Positions 12,708-24,124 of a stretch of DNA of 40,228 bases are shown one piece after another. The notes under the pieces were generated by a model, which saw nothing but the letters and a program-made list of their open reading frames with translations, was not told the DNA's origin and searched no databases. Location: NCBI RefSeq assembly GCF_006345805.1, contig NW_021835735.1, forward strand, positions 1 through 40,228. The letters run 5' to 3'. The translations under genes were made by a program, and so were the position numbers. The number at the start of each line of letters is the position of its first letter. Positions within the stretch are counted from its first letter, which is position 1. The DNA is from Octopus sinensis. Taxonomy: Eukaryota.

Positions 12708-12753
12708 CGGCCAGAGTTCTTTCGTCACACTCCTGTGACCTCATCAGTGGTCC
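12708..12753 (-). ncRNA. Type I hammerhead ribozyme motif, intact core, minimal stem III
   Basis: Minus strand reads GGACCA CTGATGA G GTCAC aggagt GTGAC GAAA G aa C T C TGGCCG: perfect 5-bp stem II, stem I CCA/TGG, cleavage triplet CUC. Confidence 0.72.
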
Positions 12754-13441
12754 TTTACTTTCTTCTTTCTTATTTGTGTGTCTCTCCTTACTAACGGTCA
12801 GCCATGTTGTATTTTGTATTCCTAGTGTATGTGTCTTCATTTGCGCATGCGTATACCTCTATGTGTGTCTATGTCTAGTTAGTGTGTGTGTGCGTGTGTG
12901 GGGAAGAAATGCCTGTAATATTTGTATCTTCTGTTTATATACATAAGCCCTAGCCAGGCTAGCAAGACGAAATCTTGCAAGACAAATATATAAACGTATT
13001 AATATTATGTAACAGAAAACATCTGGTTTCTTTCATAATTTTTGCCACTGTGTTGCACTTCTTCTGTGAGATTTGTGTTTCAGTTTACTATTTATAAATC
13101 ATATACAGTAATAATGGCATTTATAAACATTTGTATAGAGAATATTGTGTTTCGAAAGAGTCTTTCTTATCTAGTCGTGTGTGATTCGTGTTTTGTTTAT
13201 TTACCTATTGTAAATGCATGACCAAATGAATAAAAGTTGTCTTATGCTTGTGTCCGACAAAGCGGTTGATGTAACAATGTTTACAACTTTTATATTTAGA
13301 CGGAAATTTTATATTGCACATTTGTCATAACAAAGTTCAGTGCCTGATTTGATGCCAATGAGAAGTTTATTTCTCAATCGTATTACTTTTAATTAGTATT
13401 TTGTGGTAAGTTATGATATGTATTTCTTTATTGCTTACAGT

Positions 13442-13957
13442 GTGCTAAACATAAAGGGGACAAACAAGGACGGACAAAGGGTTTATGTCTATAACACCGA
13501 CTCCAGTGCGTAACTGGTACTTAATTTATCGTCCTGGAATGGATGAAAGGCAAAGTCAACCTCGGCGGAATTTGAACTCAGAACGTAACAGCAGACGAAA
13601 TAACTATTTCTTTACTACCCACAAGGGGCTACACGCAGAGGGGACAAACAAGGACAGGCAAACGGATTAAGTCGATTATATTGACCTCAGTACGTAACTG
13701 GTACTTATTTAATCGACCCCGAAAGGATGAAAGGCAAAGTCGACCTTGGCGGAATTTGAACTCAGAACGTAACAGCAGACGAAATACCTATTTCTTTACT
13801 CCCCACAAGGGGCTACACACAGAGGTGACAAGCAAGGACAGACAAACGGATTAAATCGATTATATCGACCCCAGTGCGTAAGTGGTACTTAATTTATCGA
13901 CCCCGAAAGGATGAAAGGCAAAGTCGACCTCGGCGGATTTCGAACTCAGAACGTAAC
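13442..13957 (-). repeat. Tandem array (~2.8 x 184 bp) of SINE family B internal units
   Basis: GAACTCAGAACGTAAC recurs at 13574, 13758 and 13942 (period 184); unit is the reverse complement of the repeat in 17665-18068. Confidence 0.9.
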
Positions 13958-14774
13958 AAGCTGTTCAGTTTGTATCCAGTTTGTTTAATATTTTACCTAC
14001 TTTTTTCCATTATATAACAGTAATACAAACACTATATCTATCCTTAGCTGAAATGTTTCTATTTTGTTATAACTTACGAATTAGTGTGAGGAATGTATAA
14101 TATATTCTTCAGACAAATTTTTTGTTATGATTCTGTGCTTTTGTTTAACTATTCAACACCTTGGTTTGCTTGTTTATGTACTGATAGACCTACGGGTGTT
14201 ATTCTCTTTATGAGCCACTATGGTGCTATCGATGCATATGTGTTTAAACTTTATTTTTATATACTGAAAAGATAATAGATCTTGTCAGTGAGTTTAAGGC
14301 CGCAAGTCATTGTGCTCTCTTTTCGCTCCTGGGTATTGTCTTACCTAATTTTGTAACATTTTCTGTCCACATAACATGTTGTTTTCATATAATTTATTTT
14401 CATTCTTAATGACTAGTTCATTGCACAAAAAATGGGCTTTTAAATGTTACAGCTCATTCCGTGATTTTCAAATCTTCACTTTGTTTTTACTTTTTTTGCT
14501 GAAATTATATATCTCTTGTTTCCACATGTGAATGCGTCTCGTACATTACCGCTTCATAAAACAGAATTCGAATTCTACCTATTTAAATTTGAATGTTTTA
14601 TTTCCTGCCCTGGCTTGTAGCTAAGATCGAAAAGCAAAGTGCCTGTCCTACTCAATTGCCAACCAAAATCAATCTTACTCTAAAATCATATATCAAATAT
14701 ATATTACATTATGTACAAAATTAAGACTTTTTAAACATTAGAACTATAAAGAAGCTGTCAGCTATGGTAACTCT

Positions 14775-14945
14775 GCCTTAGCGAAAGCGGAGGTATTGTT
14801 TTAAGTCGTGTTTGTTTGTTTGTGAACAAGATATCCCAAGAAGCTCTTTGTGGATTCGGATGAAACTTTCGCGACTGGCACGAACTGATTAAATTTTGGA
14901 ATCGATCTGGTTCGGACAAAGATTCTGGATTATTTGTTATATTTA
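14775..14945 (+). mobile_element. HINE/DINE-1-like non-autonomous Helentron-type element
   Basis: AACTCTGCCTTAGCGAAAGCGGAGGTATTGTTTT, then (GTTT)n, then GGATTCGGATGAAACTTT...TTAAATTTTGGAATCGATCTGG; architecture typical of HINEs (recognised from memory). Confidence 0.5.
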
Positions 14946-15129
14946 CTTTACTTTACATGAAGTATTAAGATCTGTGATTATCTCCTTTGAAAACAAACTC
15001 AGGGTTTCCAAGTAAATTATGGCGGCGTTGATGTTTCCAAAGTTTTATTTTCGTTTCTATATTATTCTAACTCGTGTATCTATCTTAGTAGAAAATGATG
15101 GATTAAGAAATCAAGCAACAGGAATTACA

Positions 15130-16490
15130 ACCATGTTCTCCTACCACAACATCTCCTTTATAGGATCCAGTTAGCTCAGACATCATCTGGAGGAACCACG
15201 TCCGGTTTCGCTCCCTACTCCTCTACTGTTTTGACGTGGCGGGGCCCCCCTTTCGGAGGTGTCTTCAGCTCTGGTGTTGGGTGCATGTCTTCTTTCTTCT
15301 TTCTTCTGTTCCCTGGCCTTTTCTATGTAGCGTCAGCGGGTCTCAGCGAGCGACTCACTGACTTGTCAACTGTTTTCCCTTTAAACACCTGCTGCAATGC
15401 TCTAGCAGGCAGCCCCAGAACGTTGTCACGTGACACTGTCTCAACTTTAACTGACCAATGAAGGCGCGTAGTTTTAGCCCACGCATTCTCTAAACGAGAC
15501 CGTCGCCGGTCAATCAGCGAAGCTAATTCAGTGTCAGCTTGTCTCACCTACTGATGTTATTTTCCTGCCAGCGTGTTATGACTTTCAAGCCATTTTTGGT
15601 CTTCCCGCTTCAGCCATATATAGAAGCCTCCTGTAATCTCCTTATTAATTTTCTCAGCTCCGTGCTAGAAAAAAAAAGAAAACTTCATATGAATAGCGTT
15701 GTCATTTTTCTCTCAATGAAGCCCCTAGCCCCCACTGCCAGGTGGTAATACCCGACATTCCATCCCTGTTCACTGCACTCTTCGATTAGATTTCCGTACA
15801 TCTTCTCCTTTCGCTTCTCTGCGTTGTCGATATTCTCTTCCCATGGCACTGTCAGTTCTAGCAAAATTCCTATTCTCCGTTCTCTGTCCCATAGGACTAA
15901 ATCTGGTCTTTTTGTGGTTTTCATGAGTGGAAATATTACTAGTCTTTCCAAATCCGTAACCAGCTCACAGTATCCCTTCCATCTTTTGTCTATCTCGTAT
16001 ATTTTATTTGTAGGCCTGGTCTTATGGCCTTTTCCCTCCTTCTGGAAGTATACATTCCTACGCTTTTCCACTTTTGGGTACTCTCCCATATTGTATCCCT
16101 CGATCTTCTCCTTGAGCGCTGCGCTTATGACGCCGAGGACATGATTATGACGCCATGTGTACCTTTCTAGTGCTAGTCTGCAGTTTGACAGAACATGTCT
16201 AACCGTCGCTTTCTCTCCGCATCTACATTCACCAGTTATTTTTATGTTCCACCGGACTAGGTTCGCCGGTGAGGGTAGAACGTCGAAGGTAGACTTGATC
16301 AGGAAGGATGTTCTTGCTTGTTCCCAAGCCCAACGTTCCTTCCATGATATTCTGCGACTGATCACATATTCCTCCTATCTCAGGCACTGTCCCTGTTGAC
16401 TACATTGCACCAAATGTACATTTCGCCTTTCTTCTTCCCCCTTTCTCACTTCGTGTACCACTGCCTCTTTCATCTCTTTTATACTGCTCT
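15130..16490 (-). mobile_element. 5'-truncated HERO/R2-group non-LTR retrotransposon (zinc knuckle plus restriction-like endonuclease and 3' UTR)
   Basis: Translation EAVVHEVRKGEEERR..VQCSQQG, FLIKSTFDVLPSPANLVRW, CRCGEKATVRHVLSNC (CCHC), RYTWRHNHVL, KRPDLVLWD...ILLELTVPWEE..AEKRK (PD..D/ExK REL), VGARGF, then IWLKREDQKW. One stop near 16372 and a frameshift near 15680. The 3' boundary is approximate. Confidence 0.85.
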
Positions 16491-17584
16491 TTCTATATAA
16501 AACCTTTCAGAAATTAAATAACACTGCCATATTCAGTAACAATAATAAATTTATTTTATCCTCGACAATTTTACCAATTTTGAATATATCGTCCCTGTTT
16601 AATATATATCGTCCCTGTTTCATATAATTTCATGGTGTATCTTCGATAACGCACATACATTAACACTTGCAAATATATAATGTTATGTTCAGCCAATTCC
16701 ACTCACACCTATGTTTGTGTCAGTGTACGTTTAATATAATCCCTTCTTTCGAATTAAGTACAAATCCAATACTTTGCTTACACACATCGGGTCATGCATA
16801 TATATATATATATATATGTATGTATATAAATGCATACATATATAATTGTGTATGTGTGTGTGTAAATGTATTCGACATTCAACTCATAATTGCGTTGAAA
16901 TATTAACACAATAGTACAAATCTTAAATATATCCGATAGTAAAGCGTATTCACAGGAGCTAATATTGCACCATTTATTTCGTATATTTACTCGAGGCAAC
17001 TTCTCAAATATTCTTTTATCTTAATAGTTCTTAACGCATTTCGAATCTTACAAATCATGAGATGCATGTGTGGCTATTATATTATATGGATATATTTCGA
17101 GGTAGATGATAGAAAGCTATTTAACCTGATGCAAACATTGTTACCGAATGGTTGCGAGGAAACCCTGCAAGGAATGTAGATTCATATATATTGTGCATCG
17201 AAATCTTCAACAGGAAATAATTTAACAGACCACATAACATTTATCGCTACACGTTAAAATGAATGTAGCTGATAGTTCACATATAGATTCGGAAATTGAA
17301 TTATTCTTAATCGTCCCAGGAATCATTTGTGCGTTTTCATAATATTTAATGACACCTTCCTTTATGCTACAGATGTGCAATATAAAGATTGTTGGAATAT
17401 TCTAGTAATAAAGTTATCTTACATTTAAGATATCATGCCGAAAGTCATGATATAACAAATAAAAATTTAGATAAATAAATATATAAATAAACCAACAAAG
17501 CCAAACAATTGGAAACATAATAAACGAAAAAGAAAATAAATTGTGAATCAGAAAATAACTTGCGAACACTAAGTATTAGTACTG

Positions 17585-17660
17585 ATTTCAAATTTTGGCA
17601 CAGGCCAGGAATTTCGGGTGACGGGCTCAGTCGATTTCATCGAACCCAATGCTCAATTGC
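17585..17660 (-). mobile_element. 3' tail fragment of SINE family B
   Basis: TTTCAAATTTTGGCACAGGCCAGGAATTTCGGG...AGTCGATTTCATCGAACCC matches 18412-18480 and the reverse complement of 30355-30420. Confidence 0.55.
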
Positions 17661-17664
17661 AGAA

Positions 17665-18068
17665 GGCGGCGTGCTGGCAGAAAGGTTAGCACGCCGGGCG
17701 AAATGCTTAGCCGTATTTCGTCTGCTGTTGCGTTCTGAGTTCAAATTCCGCCGAGGTCGACTTTACCTTTCATCCTTTCGGAGTCGATAAATTAAGTACC
17801 AATTACGCACTGGGATCGATATAATCGACTTAATCCGTTTGTCTGTCCTTCTTTGTCCCCTCTGTGTTTAGTCACTTGTGGGTAGTAAAGAAATAGGTAT
17901 TTCGTCTACCGTTACGTTCTGAGTTCAAATTCAGCTGAGGTCGACTTTGCCGTTTATCCTTTCGGGGTCTATTAAATAAGTGCCTATTACGCACTGAGGT
18001 CGATATAATCAACTTTTGTCTGTCCTCTCTGTGTTTAGCCCCTTGTGGGTAGTAAAAAAATAGGTATT
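17665..18068 (+). mobile_element. tRNA-derived SINE family B with head plus two 184-bp tandem units
   Basis: A-box-like TGGCAGAAAGG, B-box-like GAGTTCAAATTCC; TTCTGAGTTCAAATT at 17733 and 17917 (period 184). Confidence 0.85.
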
Positions 18069-18200
18069 TATTTTATCGGCACTGAAAGAATGAAAAGCAA
18101 AATCCAAGTGAGCAGGAATTGAACTTGCAACGTAAAGACTGACGTAATGCTGCCAGCCATATGTCCTGGCGTGCTACCGTTTTCGCCAAGTCTCCGTCTT
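18068..18200 (-). mobile_element. Old SINE family B 5' fragment
   Basis: Diverged reverse-complement match to the head and B box (GGAATTGAACTTGCAACGTAAAGAC...GGCGTGCTACCGTTTTCGCCAAG). Confidence 0.55.
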
Positions 18201-18246
18201 AACACTAACTATCATATTGTTCTATATTTTAGAGAAGAGGAATTCT

Positions 18247-18402
18247 GTTCATTATTTGCCTGATTTACCTTGGACGGATATGTATCCTCATCTTGTTTGT
18301 TGACACCTGATGAAGCCTGAAGAGTAAACCAGCTGAAACGTTGTGGTAACAAACAAGATAGGGACACACATCCGCCCAATGTAAATAATGTAAGTAATGA
18401 AC
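18247..18402. repeat. ~55-bp imperfect inverted repeat enclosing a hammerhead motif (Penelope-like inverted pLTR structure)
   Basis: Left arm 18247-18301 reverse-complements to AACAAACAAGATGAGGATACATATCCGTCCAAGGTAAATCAGGCAAATAATGAAC; right arm 18348-18402 is AACAAACAAGATAGGGACACACATCCGCCCAATGTAAATAATGTAAGTAATGAAC. Confidence 0.75.
18302..18347 (+). ncRNA. Type I hammerhead ribozyme motif, intact core, weakened stems
   Basis: GACAC CTGATGA A GCCTG aagagtaaac CAGCT GAAA CG T T GTGGT; palindromic ACGT stem III; one mismatch in each of stems I and II. Confidence 0.62.
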
Positions 18403-18411
18403 TATCGTGTT

Positions 18412-18625
18412 AGTTTCAAATGTTGGCACAACGCCAGGAAGATCGTGGGAGGGAGCTAAGTCGATTACATCTACTCTAGTTCTCAACTGGTAATTATTTT
18501 ATCATCCTTTCAAGGATGAATTGCAAAGTCGACCTCGGTGGAATTTGAACTCAAAACGTGAAGACGGACGAAATGCCGCCAAGACTTTTGCCCGGTATGC
18601 TAATGATTCTGCTAGCTCGCCGGCT
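18412..18625 (-). mobile_element. SINE family B, full-length monomer, diverged
   Basis: Tail TTTCAAATGTTGGCACAACGCCAG..., core GCAAAGTCGACCTCGGTGGAATTTGAACTC, head ...CGGTATGCTAATGATTCTGCTAGCTCGCC. Confidence 0.75.
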
Positions 18626-19429
18626 TAACACTAAGTATAATATTAAGTAGAATATTTAAATCTGATGATTATTAAATCCATAACTGGTGGGGTCTTTGTG
18701 TCTACAAATTTTACTTACTCCCGTTATATCGAGCGTTGTTTAAATTTTTATATTCACTAAGAATATATATTAGCAAAATGTAAGTACTGATGACTCGGGG
18801 ACGACTTTGGCTTGGTAACATGCGCTTTGTTTTCGTTAAATGTGTAGTGGCCTATGTCATCACCAGCCTCTCTCACAGTTGACAACTCAATTTTCTGAAT
18901 GAGACAGCAGGAGTGATAGAGAACCTCATTTGCAGCTGATTAGTACTCCTTACAAATGAGAAAACAGGGGCAACGATAACTGAAGTACCGTGCTCAGTGC
19001 ATGATTTGGATCTGTGATTAAAATTATGATATTATGACCATGAGCTGAGCAGCGTTACCAGAAGTCCACTGCTTTCACTAGAAAGGATATTGTTTTAAAT
19101 TTTCTAATGGCTAACATAAGCATTTAAAAAATTTACTTTTGTCCTGTGAGTTGAGAGAGATCTAATAGGATTTATTGCGCCTACGAAATACGTATTAGCC
19201 ATATTTTACTTAATTACTTTCCTCTAACTTGTTAACCGTCGTTATTTAGCTCATTTAAAAGCATAGTGCTATATATTTCAGTAAAGTAATTTAGGAAATA
19301 GAGATAAGACAAAAGAAAAGAAGTGTTTGTAAATATTCGCTCGATCTAGCATAATGTTTTAAATGTAAAGGCGTAGAGGAGAACAAGCATGAGGGCGCAT
19401 AAGAAATAAAGGAAACTATATGAATACAC

Positions 19430-20284
19430 ATACACACACCACACACAAACATAAACACACGCAAACAAACACACCCACACACGCACAAAGACATAAGCCC
19501 TGCCACACGCAAACACACACACACACAAATATATACATATGCTTACATATGTTTCTGTGAGTGTATGGGTGTGTATGTGTACGCGCATGTACAAAGGCAC
19601 GCACACACACACACTCACACACACACATATATATTAATGGAGAGGAAAATAATGGGAAAGAGTGAGAAAGTACAAGAACAGCTTATTATAAGAAGCGAAT
19701 TATTCATTGCTAAACAGCTTGATAGTTTTATAGCGTATGGATAGTTATATGGCATGAGAAAGTAAAAAGACCAGCAAGGAGAGAAAAACAACATTTGGGA
19801 TTATAAAAAGAAACTATCGATTCATTGCTAATGAGTTTTATATTGTAGGGATCGTTATATATCAAAAAGAATAATGAGAAGAAACAATGGAAAGTAGTTT
19901 TTGATTCATTGCTAATGAATTTGCGAGTTATATAACGTAGGGATCATTATAGATTAAAAATGTATAAATTACCAGACAGAGAGAATATCTGTTGATTCAT
20001 TGCTAATGAGTTTAAGAATATTATAGCGCATGGATTTTGATAATTAGGCATTTAAGAACGGATTACAACCACAATGATGTAGTTTGTAGAATAACCGATT
20101 TAAAGATGTGTTGGAGTAGGAAAAATCCTTAATTTCATAGTTAATTAATGAAGCAATTTATCATACAATTCGACTTTAAATTAATCAATATTTCCTTTAC
20201 ATATGAAAATATGAGAACAAAAATAAGAATAAAGATGACCTCGTTTATAAATAGTCTCTCGTCGCCCGAGAAAGAAAGAGGAAC

Positions 20285-20318
<34 letters not shown>

Positions 20319-20553
20319 CTGAGAGGAGGAGGGAGAGATGGAGAGAGAAAGAGAAAACTAAGAACAGAACATTTATTAATTTTGTTCTATATTATTATAT
20401 ACAGATTCGATTGAATTTTGTGAACATTAACGTCATTGCTTACAGACAAATGACAGATTCACATAATTAAACACTCTAAGAGTATAATTCGGGTATACGA
20501 AACGTTTGACGTTTCACATACGTTATTGTTCGATACTCATCTGCAAACGTCAA

Positions 20554-20584
<31 letters not shown>

Positions 20585-21422
20585 CACACACACACACACA
20601 CACACCACACACACACACACACACACACCACACACAAACATAACACACGCAAACAACACACACACACACAATATATACATATGCTTACATATGTTTCTGT
20701 GAGTGTATGGGTGTGTATGTGTACGCGCATGTACAAAGGCACGCACACACACACACTCACACACACACATATATATTAATGGAGAGGAAAATAATGGGAA
20801 AGAGTGAGAAAGTACAAGAACAGCTTATTATAAGAAGCGAATTATTCATTGCTAAACGCTTGATAGTTTTATAGCGTATGGATAGTTATATGGCATGAGA
20901 AAGTAAAAAGACCAGCAAGGAGAAAAACAACATTTGGGATTATAAAAAGAAACTATCGATTCATTGCTAATGAGTTTTATATTGTAGGGATCGTATATAT
21001 CAAAAAGAATAATGAGAAGAAACAATGGAAAGTAGTTTTTGATTCATTGCTAATGAATTTGCGAGTTATATAACGTAGGGATCATTATAGATTAAAAATG
21101 TATAAATTACCAGACAGAGAGAATATCTGTTGATTCATTGCTAATGAGTTTAAGAATATTATAGCGCATGGATTTTGATAATTAGGCATTTAAGAACGGA
21201 TTACAACCACAATGATGTAGTTTGTAGAATAACCGATTTAAAGATGTGTTGGAGTAGGAAAAATCCTTAATTTCATAGTTAATTAATGAAGCAATTTATC
21301 ATACAATTCGACTTTAAATTAATCAATATTTCCTTTACATATGAAAATATGAGAACAAAAATAAGAATAAAGATGACCTCGTTTATAAATAGTCTCTCGT
21401 CGCCCGAGAAAGAAAGAGGAAC

Positions 21423-21456
<34 letters not shown>

Positions 21457-21688
21457 CTGAGAGGAGGAGGAGAGATGGAGAGAAAGAGAAAACTAAGAAC
21501 AGAACATTTATTAATTTTGTTCTATATTATTATATACAGATTCGATTGAATTTTGTGAACATTAACGTCATTGCTTACAGACAAATGACAGATTCACATA
21601 ATTAAACACTCTAAGAGTATAATTCGGGTATACGAAACGTTTGACGTTTCACATACGTTATTGTTCGATACTCATCTGCAAACGTCAA

Positions 21689-21730
<42 letters not shown>
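19430..21730. repeat. Near-identical ~1.14-kb tandem duplication with junctions in (CA)n tracts
   Basis: GCTTACATATG at 19541 and 20683 (offset 1142); AAACGTCAAC at 20545 and 21680 (offset 1135); the copies differ mainly by short deletions in copy 2. Confidence 0.95.
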
Positions 21731-23721
21731 AACAAAATCTCATACACTATAGCTGCCACAATTTACCCAATCATAAATGTATATAACGGGTGTGGACCTA
21801 CATCACATCTCTATCCCATCTTTCTATTTTCAACATTTTCTGTATATACTTATATAATATAAATACAGAACATAAGTCAGACGACACACTTCTAAGCATT
21901 TTGCTCAGCTTGCTAACAAGTCTAAACGTTTTTCAAACATTATAAGATCTTTTGTCATTTATATTTTTTTAATAATTTCGCCATGACATTTGATAATTTG
22001 TGAGATAAATATGCTTTGTTGCAATGTGATTGTGTGTTTTATGTTCTTTTGTATAGTTTTATAAGGTTATGGGAGTCCACGCCTTCGATATCTATACATT
22101 AATTAACAACGGGTGTACTGACGATATATCGTTTTGTTGTAAAGAGATTATAACCCTAATACGGTGCTATTGCTGAGCGGTTAATCCCTGTAAAGATTTT
22201 ATCGCATATTTCTTTTCGTTGTTATTTTGAATCGCCTCCTTGTTATTTTTGAGTCGGGATATTTTTATATATATGTACAAGGTGCAAAATAGATGGATAA
22301 ATAAATAATAAAGGCTTAATCTACTAAGAAAACAAGAATACTTTCTGCAGTACGTATTGACTTATTATTATTGACTGATAAGGACAGGCTACATCTTTAA
22401 ATATTTAGAGATTGGAACAGCCAAAGATATAGTACTGCGTTCATCACAATCTTGCAGTTACTTCTGTAACACTTTCTAGGATTCATAGATGCAGTGCAGC
22501 CCTAATTAAACCGCTTACTCTTTTCTTGCGATATAGCCTGTTTCTTAATTTATGCAGTGAAAAGATGAACCGTGAAAGAGATTATAAATTGCAGTGCCGC
22601 CCTGTGATGAAAAAGGGACTCACGAACATTTTCGATCAAGGGAGAATATGGCATTTAGATAAAGTACCACGTTCGAATATTCCTAGAAAGTAATTGTGCA
22701 CGCTAAGGTCATGGAATAAAGATAAACGTAACTACAAGGGAATTGACGGCTTGGGATGAGGTTCAGAGAAATTGCAAATCCGTTATAGATTGCAGTACTG
22801 TGTCCAGTCGGCGGCACAACTTTACGTTATTTTATTACTATTTTTATTACTATTCTAAAATTATTTTGCCCTTCCTGATGACAACGACGAAAATCTCATC
22901 ACATTCCATTGCAATGTACTTTGCCGTCGTTAAGCACCAATGGACTTCATCAAACTCGAGGGGGAAATGTTATTTGCAAGCATTATGTCTTAGAGTGTAA
23001 GCGATCAAATACAATAGCTGGAACAAACAATGTTGTTATATAAGGCTGTCTTTTAAATCACTAATACTACACTACAGCAGAATCTGGGTACTAGGTCGTA
23101 ATTAATGTGAGCAACGCTTGTGGTAGCTACCTATCTGCCTTGAACAATTGCAGAGAATTTCTCTTTGTTGTGAGTTCACATTGAAACAAAAGTATTCAGA
23201 AAACAGACTTGTATTCTCTGATATATAAACTTACATATGAAATCTGAAATCTGAAAATTACATCTGAAATCTTAAGTAGTGGAAGTGAAAAAAAAAGACA
23301 AGAATTTATCTGCTCAAGTGGATGACCAAAGACTGGGAGATTATTTCTGTTGCTCGATCTGTACATTGAGGCTGTACCTCATTTGAAACTATATTGCAGT
23401 TCAAAGCACGCATCTTCTAATGCTAATGTTTTTTGTCGTTAAAATCTAGCAGCCAGGTGTCTAAAGCTGTACAGGATTTCATGGTGTCTCTATGTTGAAG
23501 ACGACACTATCGTCCATGTGATGTTTTTAGCTGACTAAAACTTGAATGAAGCCATTCTGCTCAGCTGAGCCAAATGTTTCCGTTTATCATTTATCTCTCT
23601 GAATTGCATTCTAAGTAGTGTTAATTTGAATTTTAAGGATGACATGTCTTACGCCTATGCTTGCATTTCCAAGCAAAGACGTAAGAGTGAGAGCTATTTT
23701 GGTGGAATTATTAATGCATAG

Positions 23722-23868
23722 TTGCAGGAGTGGCTGTGTGGTAAGTAGCTTGCTTACAAACCACATGGTTCCGGGTTCAGTCCCACTACATGGCACCTTG
23801 GGCAAATGTCTTCTACTACTCCTCGGGCTGACCAAACTGAAAGACGCCCGTCGTATATATATTATATA

Positions 23869-23932
<64 letters not shown>

Positions 23933-24124
23933 TTGTGTGTCTGTGTTTGTGCCACTCAACATCGCTTGACAACCGATGCTGGTATGTTTACGTCCCTGTA
24001 ACTTAGCGGTCCAGCAAAAGAGACTGATAGAATAAGTCCTGCGGTCGATTTGCTCGACTGAGAGTCGGTGCTCCAGCATGGCCGCAGTCAAATGACTGAA
24101 ACAAGTAAAAGAGTAAAAAGAGTA
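23722..24124 (+). mobile_element. tRNA-derived SINE, family A
   Basis: Head GCAGGAGTGGCTGTGTGGTAAG...GGGTTCAGTCCC; expanded (TA)n(TG)n middle; tail CATGGCCGCAGTCAAATGACTGAAACAAGTAAAAGAGTAAAAAGAG. Confidence 0.9.

Noticed and set aside
15240-15275. CTGAAGA-CACCTCC-GAAA on the minus strand (hammerhead-like core)
   Set aside because: No stem II pairing, no U16.1 and no stem I.
15323-15547. 74-aa minus-strand ORF downstream of the HERO ORF
   Set aside because: Lies after the inferred ORF stop (about 15563) in the presumed 3' UTR; no recognisable domain.
17665-17750. tRNA gene
   Set aside because: A/B boxes belong to SINE heads (also at 9294 and 23722); no complete cloverleaf and they run directly into SINE bodies.
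13442-20045. CRISPR-like repeat-spacer array (13442-13957 or 19697-20045)
   Set aside because: Eukaryotic context. The first is a whole-unit tandem SINE multimer without unique spacers; the second has short degenerate motifs, irregular spacing and no cas genes.
22640-22820. Possible RTE-X LINE C-terminal relic (WHLDKVPRSNIPRK...ELTAWDEVQR)
   Set aside because: Similarity is suggestive but too fragmentary to support.
22870-22900. CTGATGA-CAACGAC-GAAA-ATCTC
   Set aside because: The core is present but stems I and II cannot form; probably chance.
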